NCBI GenBank assembly: GCA_951406725.2
Contig: OX597815.1
Coordinates: forward strand, 45,198,001-45,262,000
DNA length: 64,000 bases
DNA from: Octopus vulgaris
Lineage: Eukaryota
Direction of reading: 5' to 3'
Under the pieces are notes generated by a model that worked only from the letters and a program-made list of their open reading frames with translations, made no database searches and was not told the origin of the DNA. Shown one piece after another: positions 12,176 through 24,983 of the stretch (its first letter is position 1; every line of letters starts with the position of its first letter). The translations under genes were made by a program, and so were the position numbers.

Positions 12176-14590
12176 AAGGCAACACTACAGGAGAACGATA
12201 GCGACATTATTTGCAACCTTATAAAGGTTGATCGATGGAAATTGAACCAAGAAACGAAAAATGTCAGTGAAATTCTGAAATACATTAGAACAAACAACAT
12301 TACGGAAACAAATAATTTGATCAAGGCAGCAAGTATTGTTGTTGCAGAAAACGTGAGTGTCGGTGTCATGAAAAAGAAACATAATGGGAGTGACAAAAAA
12401 AAAAGATCCATGGTGGAAAAGAAGAATCCAGGCAGGGTTAGACATGCTCTCGAAGAAAATCTCTGTGTTAGACCGAAAAGAGAAAGGGGAGCTTAAAAGC
12501 GAACAAAAATACAGAGCGCTGGAAAGGAAGTATAATATTAAAAGAAAGGGCTTGAAAGTAGTAGTGGAGGAACTGAAACAGCGCCTCTTTGCAAAGAAAT
12601 CAAAGATGGCAAGATACAACCAAAAAATGAAGGGCTACCACCAGAATAGGTTATTCAGAGTAGATCAGAAGAGATTCTGTAAAGAAATAAATGGAGAGTG
12701 TACAGAGGAAAAGTTGATACCAGATAACATTGAAACTCAAAGGTTTTGGAGTGACATGTGGAACAAAGACAAGGGAGCACAAGAAGGATGCTAAATGGTT
12801 GCAAGAACTGAAACAGTAGTCTGTCCAAAACAGGCAGAACTAGTAATTTCAGTGAAGGAAATCAGCAAAAAAAAAAAATTAGCAACTGGAAGGCCACGGG
12901 ACCAGATGGAGTTCAAGGCTGCTGGATCAAATGATTTGGTGAATGTCATGCACGAATAGCTTGCGCAACTCAACACCGTGTTAAATGCCAACCAAGTAAC
13001 ACCAGAGTGGTTTACATTGGGTAGGACAGTGCTGTGCCCAAAAAACATCGAAAAAGGCAATACGATAGACAATTACAGGCCGATATCCTGCTTGCCACTT
13101 ACGTGGAAGTTATTAACTGGAATACTCGAAGAGTCAATGTACGAACATCTGGGAAAAAATGGAGTCCTGCCGCATGAGCAGAAGGGTTGCAAACGTAAGT
13201 GCAGAGGTACCAAGGTTCAACTCCTGATAGACAAAATTGTACTTAGAGACTGCAAGAGGAGGAAAAGTAACTTAGCTATGTCAAGGAATGTCTATCGTAA
13301 GGCGTACGATATGATCCCACATTCTCGGATTATGGAGTGTATGAATCTATTTGGTATTGCATCGAATATTGAGCGATTGCTTGGAAAAAGTTTAGCGAAT
13401 TGGAGGACGGACCTGACAGCATACGGAAGAAGTTTAGGGACAGTAGAAATTAGGAGGGGCATCTTCCAAGGGGACTACCTGTTCCCACTGATCTTTGTAC
13501 TGTGCTTGATACCACTAACACTGATTCTGAGGAAAGCAAAAGCTGGGTATGAATTCAAAAGCCGCCAGCAAAAAGTTAACCATTTGTTATTCATGGATGA
13601 CCTCAAACTGTATGGTAAAGATGAAGCCCAAGTCAGTTCCCTCGTTGATACGGTGTATACCTTCAGAAGTAGGAAGGTCAGGCTTGTGTAGGATGAAAGA
13701 TTGCAAAGATAAAGTACTATACAAGAAATTGAAAACTAATGAAACTGAAAATAGGTGGGTAAAGAAAAGAATGCATGGTCAATTTCATAGGGATGTTGAT
13801 AAGACAGAGAAAAAAGATGACTGTGGATGACTAAAAGTGATTTAAAACCGGAAACGGAGGCTCTAATCTGTGCTGCCCAAGAGCAAGCACTAAGAACAAA
13901 CTACATAAAATACAGATTAGACAACACAGCAGAAAGTGATAAGTGTAGAATCTGTGGACAAAATGGTGAAACCGTATGGAATATTACCACCCTATGTACG
14001 CCACTAGCCCAGAAGGAATATAAGAGACGCCACGACAATATAGCCAGGCTTGTCCATTGGACACTCTGCAACAAGTATGGACTTGACAGAGTAAAAAAAA
14101 GGTACGACTACAAACCTGAAAACATTGTCGAAAATAGAAATGCAAAGATCCTATGGGATTTCATGATTCAGTGCGACCAGGAGATAGAGAATAGGAAGCC
14201 GGACATAGTCTTAATTGAGAAAGAAAACAAACTATGCTGGATCATAGATAATACATGCCCAGCTAACAACAAGGTATGCAATAAGGAAGAAAGAAAAGTC
14301 GAGAGATATGATAGGTTAGCTTGGGATGTTAAGCAGTTGTGGTCGATAAAAAAGGTAGCAGTAGTGCTAATAATTGTCGGAGCCCTGGGAACAGTGAGCA
14401 AAAATCTCGAGAAGTACATGGAACAAATAGAGGCTGCAATAAGGGCGCAGCACTTGCAGAAAACAGCACTGTTTGGAACCGCTCGAATACTCCAGAAGGT
14501 GCTAGAAAAATAAGAGGTGTTACCTTAGTTCACTGGTAGTGAGCAGCTGACACTGGAGTATATCTCCAGAGTTAGAAGCTGTGCAAAAGC
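12176..14590 (+). mobile_element. R4/Dong-clade non-LTR retrotransposon (RT plus C-terminal restriction-like endonuclease), 5'-truncated and decayed
   Basis: RT motifs [27 protein letters not shown] and [11 protein letters not shown]; CRIC zinc knuckle with RHD; RLE motif KPDIVLIEK. Several frameshifts and a deletion near 13665. Flanked on both sides by (AAT)n, the known Dong target. Confidence 0.9.
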
Positions 14591-14611
14591 AATAATAATA
14601 ATAATAATTTC

Positions 14612-14804
14612 TATTAAAGGCACAAGGCCTGAAATTTGAGTGAAGGTAACTAGTTGACTAGATCAATCCCAGTGTTTCAATGGTACTTAATTTATCGACA
14701 GGCAGAGTCAATCTCGGCGGAATTTGAACTCATAACGTGAAGACAGACGAAACGTCGCTAAGCATTTCATCCGGCATGCTAACGATTCTGCCAGCTCGCC
14801 GTCT

Positions 14805-14839
<35 letters not shown>

Positions 14840-15428
14840 ATGACCCTTTCTATTATAAGCACCAGGTATGAAATTTTGGGGGAAGGAGCAAGTCAATTAC
14901 ATCGATCACAGTACTCAACTGGTACTTAGTTTATCGATATCCCGAAAGGATGAAAGGCAAAGTCGACCTTGGCGGAATTTGAACTCAGAACGTAACGACA
15001 GCCGAAATACCTATTTCTTTACTACCCACAAGGAGCTAAACACAGAAGGGACAAACAAGGACAGACAAACGGATTAAGTCGATTATATCGACCCCAGTGC
15101 GTAACTGGTATTTAATTTATCGACCCCGAAAGGATGAAAGGCAAAGTCGACCTTAGCGGAATTTGAACTCAGAACGTAACGACAGACGAAATACCTGTTT
15201 CTTTACTGCCCACAAGGGGCTAAACACAGAAGGGACAAACAAGGATAGACAAACGGATTAAGTAGATTATATCGACCCCAGTGCGTAACTGGTACTTATT
15301 TAATCGACCCCGAAAGGATGAAAGGCCAAGTCAACCTCGGTGGAATTTGAACTCAGAACGTAACGGCAGACGAAATACTGCTAAGCATTTCGCCCGGCGT
15401 GCTCACAACTCTGCCAGCTCGCCGCCTT
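14612..15428 (-). mobile_element. Cluster of family A SINEs, including a head plus three-unit internal concatemer
   Basis: Monomer at ~14612-14805. Region 14845-15428 repeats a ~180-bp unit (ttatcgaccccgaaaggatgaaaggcaaagtcgacc...gaactcagaacgtaac) three times. Confidence 0.85.
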
Positions 15429-16041
15429 TAATAATAACAACAACAATAACGACAACAATGATGGTGTAGTTTAATTTATTTGCCACAAGAGTGACCTGCG
15501 ATGACAGCATTACAGTGGGTGATTAATAAAATGTATATGGGCAAGAGGTTTCATAGAAGCCTAGTGGGAAAGATGAGAAGAGAAAGACAGAAAAGCCTTT
15601 GAAATTTACACCTGACACCACTGTCTAAATAAGGTCTTTGTCAACAAAAGGCGAAAAAGGAAAAAAAAATAACGGAGACGAGGAAAAGAGAAAATACACA
15701 AAAGAAGACAAAATGCAAAAGACAAACAGACAAAAGCAAAACTTTTGACAATAAACATACAGTTTGGCTTCACTTGGTTGTTCACAGGATTAGCGATGAA
15801 AGATTCTCTGAAATTCTTGTTATCTTTGTTATTTCAATTGATATTGTCCGTTGGCTGCTGAAGGCGGCGGACAGACAGAATCGTTACTGCGCCGGACAAA
15901 AAATGCTTAGCGGCATTTCGTCAGTCTTTATGTTCTAAGCTCAAATTCATCTAAGGCCAAAGTTGCATTTAATTCTTTTGGGTTCGATAAAATTAGTATC
16001 TGATGAGTACAAGGATTGATATAGTCAACTTAAATCTCTTT

Positions 16042-16822
16042 GGATCTTTACCTTTTCACCTACAGATTTCAAAAATAATTTTTGGTAACTAAACACTTTC
16101 AAACTTCGGACATTGGTTGAATGCATCATATAAAACATCTTTTACTCTTAGCATTTTTGACAAAAACTTATATTTACGAAGTTATTTCACGTTAAAGTTC
16201 TCGTATTTTGGTAATTTCAACCAATCAATGACGTGTATTCAGCTGAATTAAATTACTGCCGTTGTTTGTCAACAACAACTATCGGCGGTGTATTTTTGTT
16301 AGTCACTGTTATTTGTGACATCGTTTGTGTGTTTGTACTGGTTTTAAGGTTTTAGGGTTAGGATTAGGGTTTTAGGGTTAGGGTTTTAGGGTTAGGCTGT
16401 TAGGGTTGGGGTGTTAGGGCTAGGGTTTTAGGGTTAGGGTTAGGGTGTTAGGGTTAGGGTGTTAGGGCTAGGGTTTTAGGGTTAGGGTTAGGGTGTTAGG
16501 GTTAGGGTGTTAGGGCTAGGATTTTAGGGTTAGGGTTAGGGTTGTCATAAATAACAGTGACAAACGAAATATACAACACCGGAAGTTCTTGTTGACAAAC
16601 AACAGCAGTAATTTTATTCAGCTGAATACACGTCATTGATTGGTTGAAATTACCAAAATACGAGAACTTTACCGTGAAATAACTTCGTAAATATAAGTTT
16701 TTGTCAAAAATGCTAAGAGTGAAAGATGTTTTATATGACACATTCAACCAGTGTCCGAAGTTTGAAAGTGTTTAGTTACAAAAGATTATCTTTTAAATCT
16801 GTAGGTCAAAAGGTAAAGATCC
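16042..16822. mobile_element. Fold-back MITE with ~280-bp TIRs (GGATC...GATCC) and 8-bp TSD ATCTCTTT
   Basis: 16042-16320 is an imperfect reverse complement of 16543-16822. ATCTCTTT occurs at 16034-16041 and 16823-16830. The element interrupts a family A SINE. Confidence 0.92.
16341..16542 (+). repeat. Interstitial telomere-like (TTAGGG)n variant array inside the MITE
   Basis: TTAGGG, TTTTAGGG, CTAGGG and TGTTAGGG units, with an approximately 48-bp higher-order period. Confidence 0.92.
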
Positions 16823-17476
16823 ATCTCTTTTAACATTGCCGGCCTTTCACTAAAATCTGAAACCAAAGACAGCGAGGTGGCAGAATCTTTATCGCACCGG
16901 ACAAAATACTAGCGGTATATCTTCCGGGTCTTTACGTTTCTGAGTTGAAATTCTGTCGAGGTCGACTTTGCCTTTCATCGGAGTTGATAAAACTATTGCA
17001 AGTTCATCTCCTCGCCCCACCCCTCAAATAATGTCCTTGTACCAAAATTTGAAAGAATTATTATTTGCCTGTAGATTGGCAGAATCGTAAGAGCATTGAG
17101 AAAATGCTTTACAGTAGTTGTCCTATCTCTTTACATTTTAAATTCGACCCCACCGAGGCCAGCTTGCCTATTACCTCCCCGGGACCTATGCAGACTTCTG
17201 TTTGCATAAGATTAATACGAGGATGGGCGATATCATACTTTATTAGTAGATCACAATATTTGTTTCTGCACAGCACAGCAGCTTTAAGTTGCTGAGTTTA
17301 TATTCATATACCATTATAGAAGACTATTCACCCGATAAAGCATTCAAACACGACCTGTTACTGAAAAAATATTCAACTACATAATAATTATAAAGAATGA
17401 TCTTGTATAACGGTATAGAAATATAATATGAGCAGCTTAAAGCTGGTGTGTGACACAGAAACAGATGTGATCTAAA

Positions 17477-17893
17477 GGCGGTGAGCTGGCAGAAGCGTTA
17501 GCACACCGGGCGAAATGCTTAGCAGTATTTCGTCTGCCGTTACGTTCTGAGTTCGAATTCCGCCGAGGTCGACTTTGCCTTTCATCCTTTCGGGGTCGAT
17601 AAATTAAGTACCAGTTACGCACTGGGGTCGATATAATCGACTTAATCCGTTTGTCTGTCCTTTGTCCTCTCTGTGTTTAGCCCCTTGTGGGTAGTAATGA
17701 AATAGGTATTTAGTCTGCCGTTACGTTCTGAGTTCAAATTCCGCCGAGGTCGACTTTGCCTTTCATCCTTTCGGGGTCGATAAATTAAAAACTAGTTACG
17801 CACTGGAGACGATGTAATCGACTTAATCCGTTTGTCTATCCTTGATTGTCCCCTCTGTGTGTAGCCCCTTGTGGGCAGTAAAGAAATAAGAAA
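17477..17893 (+). mobile_element. Family A SINE, head plus two internal units
   Basis: The unit gtatttcgtctgccgttacg...gtgggtagtaa(t/a)gaaata occurs twice. Confidence 0.85.
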
Positions 17894-18048
17894 CAGATGT
17901 GATATACTGTTAAAGTTTGATATCCTTCATCGCTGTGTTATATTATCTGTGTTTGTACATAGATATGTGTTGTATGTATGTGTGTGTGTGTTTCAGTCGT
18001 TCATTCTTAATTTCTCGCTCTCCCTCTCTCTCCCACTTTCTCTCATCA

Positions 18049-18100
<52 letters not shown>

Positions 18101-18452
18101 AAAAAGAAGAGAAAGGAGAAACAAATATCGAGTGAAGAAAACGAAAGAGAGTGCGCGGCAAAAGGATAGAGACTAAAGCTGTGAAAAAAAAAGAAGAAAC
18201 AACAGGAGTCGCAAGAAGTATACAACAGTCTATATATTGAAATTACTGCTGACTTAAGATAAACAATAGAAACAATGTGTTTGTGTGTGCGCGCGCGAGT
18301 GTGTGTGCATGTGCGCATATACGTGGTGATATAAAAAAAACCCGTTTATATACGAGGATGAAGAGTAAAAGAAGCAGGAAAGCTAGAGAGAGCTAGAAGC
18401 AAATGCATTAAAGTTAACGAAGCAAAAAAATTAAATAATGAATTAGGTCATA

Positions 18453-18849
18453 CTAGCAGTATCGCCCGGCGTTGCTCGGGTTTGTAAGGGAAATAACTAT
18501 ATAAGCATTTTTAGAGAGTTATAGCCAAAAAATAGCAAAAAAATGCATTAAAAATGGAAAAGAAATGATGGTAAATTTTTTTTTAAATCGTTGACTCATC
18601 GTAGACATTTTTAGAGAGTTAATTCCCTTATATAATAGCGAAAAAATGCATTAAAATGGAAAAAAATTATGGTAATTTTTTTTTTTATCGTAGACTCATC
18701 GTAGACGCGCGCTAATACCCAGAAGGGCTCGATATGAATCATGACTATAAGATACCCGCTTTTGGTTAAACTGCACCGCAAAATGTGGGAGTAGTTAGGA
18801 ATCTAAATCGTAGGAGACAGACACACAACTTCACTTTTATATATAAAGA
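18453..18849 (-). mobile_element. Non-autonomous Helitron
   Basis: On the minus strand: A|TCTTTATATAT start, subterminal hairpin cccgagcaacgccggg, CTAG|T end, no TSD. Homologous to 63122-63463. Confidence 0.88.
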
Positions 18850-19306
18850 TGTGCAGATAATAGGTGAATACGAAGGGAAGACAGATAGAGAATGTTAACA
18901 TAAGGTAAAGAAGAAATGGAAGTGAATATATATTAACAGTTTAAGAAGAAAACTGTTTGATTCTCAAATGAAATAAAATGCAATGTTCGAGTTTGAATTT
19001 TTAACATTAATATGAAATACTTTCTATGTTCCCATATGAAATACTTTCTATGAACACACTTGATAGTGAGTTTTTGATACAAAATATGAATGTGAATATT
19101 CCGAATATTCATAGAATTTCGAGTTTTCAAAGAATTTTCAATAACTATCGAAGGATTTCAATGGATATTTAAGGCGTGGCTTAGCGTAGGCGAAGATATG
19201 GTTGTGTTCAGTCCAAATGCCTGGCACTTTGGACAAGTGTCTTCAACTATAAACCCGGGCTGACCAAAGCCTTATGAGTGGATTTAAAAGAAACCCGTCT
19301 TATATA

Positions 19307-19874
19307 CAGGGTGTGGTGAATAAACTGTCGTTTAAATTACGTAGAAATGAAAATAATCTGACATCTTATTTTAACAGATATATTTACCAAAATTACATAA
19401 AAATATCTTGAAATACTAGGTGGTCAGATGTTAAGGGTGATATCGCAGAAATTGTCTGACAGCCATAACTGAGCTCTCCAGCTTGTGTGGCATGGTGCAG
19501 ATTCCTGTTACCAGATACAGGGTTTTGCAGTAGCCCCTTGATACAGAGCAGTACTACCTCCACCACGCACTTGATGTAGGCCTCCGTGTTGAGTGTGAAC
19601 CGTGTGGGAAGATGAATGGGGGCATAACGTCGCCATTACTAGTGATCACACCAAACTCCATGATGCTGACTGGATGTTTGAGTTTTATCACTCTCGGTAC
19701 ATGTCCTGAGACTGCACTGTTCTCAGATTGACACCCAAATACTCTGAAATGTTCGTATAGGAGTTTCCGGTACGCAGCACAGCATGTCGTTTCCAAATTT
19801 CTGGGAAATTGAATAGCGTCACGGTGCTCTTTTTTCTCACAAACGGTGCCCAACTAATTCTATACTACACTGTG
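19307..19874 (-). mobile_element. Tc1/mariner (maT/DD37D-like) internally deleted relic
   Basis: Minus-strand peptides VPRVIKLKHPVSIMEFGVITSNGDVMPPFIFP, LNTEAYIK and QESAPCHTSWRAQLWLSDNF. The end TA|CAGGGTGT lies in the TA tract of a family B SINE. Confidence 0.75.
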
Positions 19875-20004
19875 TAAATCCTTAAATCCTTAAAAATGTT
19901 TTAGCCCGAAGGCCGTGGCCATGCTGGGGCACAAAATCAAAAATAAACAATGCGCGAAATTAGAAATATAAAATGGCGATAATGTACCCATCGCACCATG
20001 ATTA

Positions 20005-20049
<45 letters not shown>

Positions 20050-20056
<7 letters not shown>

Positions 20057-20417
20057 AATAAATAAAATACATGCATACATACATATGTATGCATGTATGT
20101 ACGTACCTACATCTACATGTATATATACATGCATATCTAAATATATATATGTAAGTATAGGACACCACAAATAGACGTAGAACTCAACGAGAAACGAAAA
20201 CATAAAAACAAGGGAACGGACTCTTTTTAACAACGAAAAAACAAAACACAAGACAAACAACACAAGCTGTCCCCGGTTCGACTCCATGCGTGTTTCGAAG
20301 GTAAGGACAGAACACGCCCGAAGACCGGTCCTTCCTGCAAGGGAATTAAATAAAATTCCCTTGCAGAGGGGTAAAAACAAGGAAAGAAAAGAAATGTGAC
20401 AAGAACAGGACGTAAAA

Positions 20418-20463
<46 letters not shown>

Positions 20464-21466
20464 TTTTGCCTGTCTTGTTCCTTGGTTTGTGCCTATGTTT
20501 TTCGTCTCTCTATGTGTTCGACGTCTTTTTGGTGTCCTGTACACATATATGCGTGTATATGTACATGTAGAGGTAGGTACGTACATATATGTTTATATAT
20601 ATGCATATATTTTATTAACATATTATACGACTAAACGCACGCACCCTATTAAGTAAGATTGTTCTGTTTATCAAGTTCGCCTTGATATTAACTCTCACGC
20701 GACTCTGCATCTTTCTTTCTTTCTCTCCCATTCCCTTTTTCGTCTTTTTTCCCTCACTTAACTTGTCTCTTCCTCTCTCTCTCCCCCTCACTGTTCTTCA
20801 TGGTCTCCTCGCACCATTCCCCTTCTTCTCTCTCTTCCTCTTGCTCCTCCTCCCCCATTCCCGTCGTCCATCTGCGACGTTACTTCCGTCGTAACTGCTA
20901 TCCTGTCCTTTCTCGCCTGCCTTCTAAGGCCACTGGTCGACATCTTCCTCTCTCGTCGTCCACTATAATCCAGCGTTTGCAATACTTTTTTCGTCTGGCG
21001 TTAACAGCCCTTCTTATCTTGTTCTCCTTGTCCTGTCTCTCACTGTTATATATTTATTTTTCCACTGTTTATATATATATTTTTTACTGTTTATATGTTT
21101 GTACTGTCGTTACCGTCTTGTTTTTTTTACCCCTCTGCGAAAAGATCTCAGAATTTTAATTGATTTGCTTTTCGCAGGAAGGAATTTTTCATTCGAAGTA
21201 TACGTCTCGCTTTTATCCTTCGAAACGTTTAGTAGATGAAACTTTAGCGACTGAAGAAGGGGATTTTTCGTTGTGCTTATTGTCCTGTATCTCCTTTTTT
21301 TTTTTTTTTTTTTTGCTTGTCTTGTTCCTTTGTTTGTGTCTATGTTTTTCGTCTCTCTATGTGTTCGACGTCTTTTTGGTGTCCTGTACACATATATGCG
21401 TGTATATGTACATGTAGAGGTAGGTACGTACATATATGTTTATATATATGCATATATTTTATTAAC

Positions 21467-21470
<4 letters not shown>
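20050..21470. mobile_element. Rearranged repeat with direct and inverted terminal copies (Penelope pLTR-like)
   Basis: 20455-20623 is almost identical to 21295-21470. 20050-20420 is a diverged inverted relative. Half-hammerhead stems gaagga...ccttcgaaac are present. Confidence 0.55.
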
Positions 21471-21497
<27 letters not shown>

Positions 21498-21504
21498 TAT
21501 AGAT

Positions 21505-21603
<99 letters not shown>

Positions 21604-21604
21604 A

Positions 21605-21811
21605 TTAGGCGAGAGACCAATAAAAATAAAAACAACAAATGTCAAAAGGATGTACACAGTGAATGTATAGGTTGCTGCTCAATTTAAGATGGAAAACAGA
21701 GGAGGTGTGACATTTCGAGCATGGTGCTTCGTCAAAAAGAGGGAATAGGCAAGGACCGGAGAAAAGGAAAAGAATATTCCATGAAAAGGACGTGTGTGGT
21801 CACATGGCTGA

Positions 21812-21815
<4 letters not shown>
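21605..21815 (-). mobile_element. Penelope-like terminal fragment with a degenerate hammerhead motif
   Basis: Minus strand reads tTGACGAagcaccatgctCGAAAtgtc; same layout as 61190-61385. Confidence 0.4.
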
Positions 21816-21871
<56 letters not shown>

Positions 21872-21889
21872 ATATGTGTGTGTGTGTAT

Positions 21890-22030
21890 TCTTCTATACC
21901 AAATCCTCTCACATGGCTTTGGTTGACCCGTGACTATAGCAGAAGACACATGCCCAAGGTGCCACGCAGTGGGATTGGACCCGGAACCATGTGATTGGGA
22001 AGCAAGCTTCTTACTACACAGCCACTCATG
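21890..22030 (-). mobile_element. Family B SINE head fragment
   Basis: agaagacacatgcccaaggtgccacgcagtgggattggacccggaacc. Confidence 0.75.
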
Positions 22031-22050
22031 CATATATGTACGTATATATG

Positions 22051-22106
<56 letters not shown>

Positions 22107-23706
22107 ATGTGTGTGATGGTTTGTTTACATTTCTGTAAGGCGTTAAAAATCGATAGAATAAATATCAAGTCTTAAAAAATTATGTAAGTAATGGAGTTGA
22201 TTCTGTCAACCAAAGTCCCAACTAAAGTACCACAAAGCACTTTGTGAATTCATATGACTATTTCGATTAATTCTTATAGTGGCTAGTTCAAAAGACGAAA
22301 TATAAATATCAAAAGTTTTCCAATGTGTGAACCTCTATGTGTGTGTGTGTACTTGTCTGTGTGTCTATGTATGTCTCTGTCACCGATAAATATCGGCAAG
22401 TAACTGGAAAATAAAACGGTGACATTCCCTTCTCACTGTTCTCTTCGTAAGCGCAGTGCCCCAATAATTGGCTCCTTGTAAACTAGTTATTCAACGATGC
22501 CCATTAAAAACAGAAAGAAAAGAAATTGCGATATATAAAAACAACCGTTCTAGTTTGTAACAATAGGAAATAAGCACCGTTTGTGTAATGGAATGTCGAC
22601 TATGAAACCTATAGCCTGCGTATGTTTTTTACGCATATTAGTGTTCACAAGGTCTGTCTTAAGATAAGATAGTCGCTACACCATTGTCATTCTGGTACAT
22701 ATGAAAATCTACTAAGAAATGGGTTAATGCCCGAAAAAAAGAAAAGACGATAAGATTAAAATTTTAAAAATTCTAAATAATATATCTGAACTTTCAATAG
22801 ATTATCTAATCGGAATATAATTTCTATTTAAAATCAACTTATATTTTCGTCTTATACACAATATTTAATAAATATTTACTTTTTAATTTATTTTTCATGT
22901 AGTATTTACTCCTTCGCAATTCAATTCTTACGAAGGATTGTTGATAAAAACATGAAATATGAGGATACTAAGGGCACGTGCAATTACATTATAAATCTTC
23001 CTATTATTCAAACCTATAATATCAACCAATTGTCATTGTTTGACAGTAATGAATTTACCTGTCTGTTTTAAAACCAACTCTGCTCGTATCTGTCGTTACA
23101 GTTTGTTTGATTCTCATAAATCTTTGTCGAGTGAAAGCCCATTACACTTTCTAGACCTACGATACGTTTGAGGTCATAAATTTCTCAGATGGACAAACCA
23201 ATGAGAATTATAACCACTATTGCTTGACATTCATTTATCTCTGTGTGTCATCTCTCTCTATATAAACGGCAGTTTCTCTGTGTGTCATCAATGATAATAA
23301 GATTTATTTTGTTCTGTTTTAAACCATCACCATTTGATATAGGAAAAATATATACATTATTCTGACCATAAAACAAATCCTACCAGACACATAAAACAGT
23401 CAGTCTGTCTGCAAACAAATGAATTGTTATGCTTTTGGTATGTTGCTTTTAAAAGTCGACGTTCTCAATAAAATACTCTTCAAATTACACTATCTTAAAC
23501 AAACAGATATTATTCGATAATGAGAAAATATTAGATGAAGCTGGATCAATGCAGTTTTTACAACGTAGTATTTCGCTTGTTATCATCATACTCTTTACTA
23601 TTTTAATGTTTTCAATGAGTGGCTCTGGTTATTTTCACGACATATTGTACAGCATTTATTCATAACACTCATCCAAATCTCCTTATCAGGAAATAAACTG
23701 AGGGCA

Positions 23707-24452
23707 TACGAGGTTTGATCAATAAATATTAGAACAGTTACCATACTATAGGTGCAGGAGTGGCTGTGCGGTTAGTAGCTTGCTTACCAGCCACATGGTT
23801 CCAGGTTCAGTCCCACTGCGTAGCACCTTGGGTAAGTGTGTTCTATTATAGCCTCGGGCCGACCAAAGCCTTGTGAGTGGATTTGGTAGACGGAAACTGA
23901 AAGAACCCGTCGTATATATGTATATATATATGTGTATGTGTGTGTGTTTGTGTGTCTGTGTTTGTTCCCCCAATATCGCTTGACAACCGATGCTAGTGTG
24001 TTTGCGTCCCCGTAATTTAGTGGTTCGGCAATAAAGAGCGATAGAATAAGTACTAGGCTTGCAAAGAATAAATCCCGGGGTCGATTTGCTCGACTAAAGG
24101 CGGTGCTCCATCATGGCCGTAGTCAAATGACTGAAACAAGTAAAAGAGTAAAAGAGTATACTACCGAAGCTAAAGCACGCAGAGTGAAACCTCTTGGTAC
24201 CGATTGACCTTGCACTCCGCTGTGCATGTGCACTAAGTTTTAACGATCTAGCTCACTTCCGCTGTCTACAGCAGTGCCTAGAAGGAAGGTGTGTATCGTG
24301 TGATCATCGCATTGACCATGGCAGAGAAAGTTCTCATGGCGATACCCTGCTCAGAGGCCTACGCAGAAAATTTGCAAAAAATGTACGGAGTGGAGTGTAT
24401 GAGCCGCACACAAGTGTACGAGTGGTTCAGAATTTTCCAAGATGGCTGAAAA
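23707..24452 (+). mobile_element. Mariner 5' fragment interrupted by a SINE
   Basis: TIR-like TACGAGGTTTGATCAATAA at 23707 and HTH peptide LQKMYGVECMSRTQVYEWFRIFQDG. Confidence 0.75.
23749..24157 (+). mobile_element. Family B SINE, full length, TSD ATACTA
   Basis: Full head-to-tail match to the 9084 copy. ATACTA at 23743-23748 and 24158-24163. Confidence 0.88.
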
Positions 24453-24717
24453 ATTGTGTACATACTTTTGATTTTTGTTGTTTTTCCTGCTTTTGTTTTT
24501 ACTTTGATTTGCCGCTTTCTGTGTGTGTGTGTGTGTGTGTGTGTATAATGATGATGATGATGATGATGATGACGACAACAACAACAACAACAACGAAAAC
24601 AAAAACAACAACAACATCAACAACAACATAAATAGAGTATTATTTATATTTGTAGTTTAGGACAATCAGTAAGTTGTCATTATAGTACTCAGAGTTTCAA
24701 ATGTCAGAGCGAAGAGC

Positions 24718-24880
24718 TACGATGCATTCTCGTCGGCTTTCAACCAAATCCATTCACAAGGCTTTGGTTGGCCCGAGGCTATAGTGGAAGATACTTGCCC
24801 AAGGTGCCACGCTGTGGGACTGAACTCGGACATGTGGTTGGGAAGTAAGCTTCTTACCACACAGCAACGCCTGCGTCCAT
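24718..24880 (-). mobile_element. Family B SINE 5' fragment
   Basis: cacaaggctttggttggcccgaggctatagtggaagatacttgcccaaggtgcc. Confidence 0.75.
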
Positions 24881-24916
24881 ATTTATTTATATATTTCTTT
24901 ATGTACATATATATAT

Positions 24917-24983
<67 letters not shown>

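Noticed and set aside
11903-12496. 197-aa ORF with poly-I/poly-T
   Set aside because: (AAT/AAC)n read-through fused to the truncated LINE 5' end.
14845-15428. CRISPR-like regularly spaced repeats
   Set aside because: Units repeat in full with no unique spacers; eukaryotic SINE concatemer with no cas genes.
16341-16542. True telomere or chromosome fusion site
   Set aside because: Short, single-orientation, degenerate array enclosed by TIRs and a TSD.
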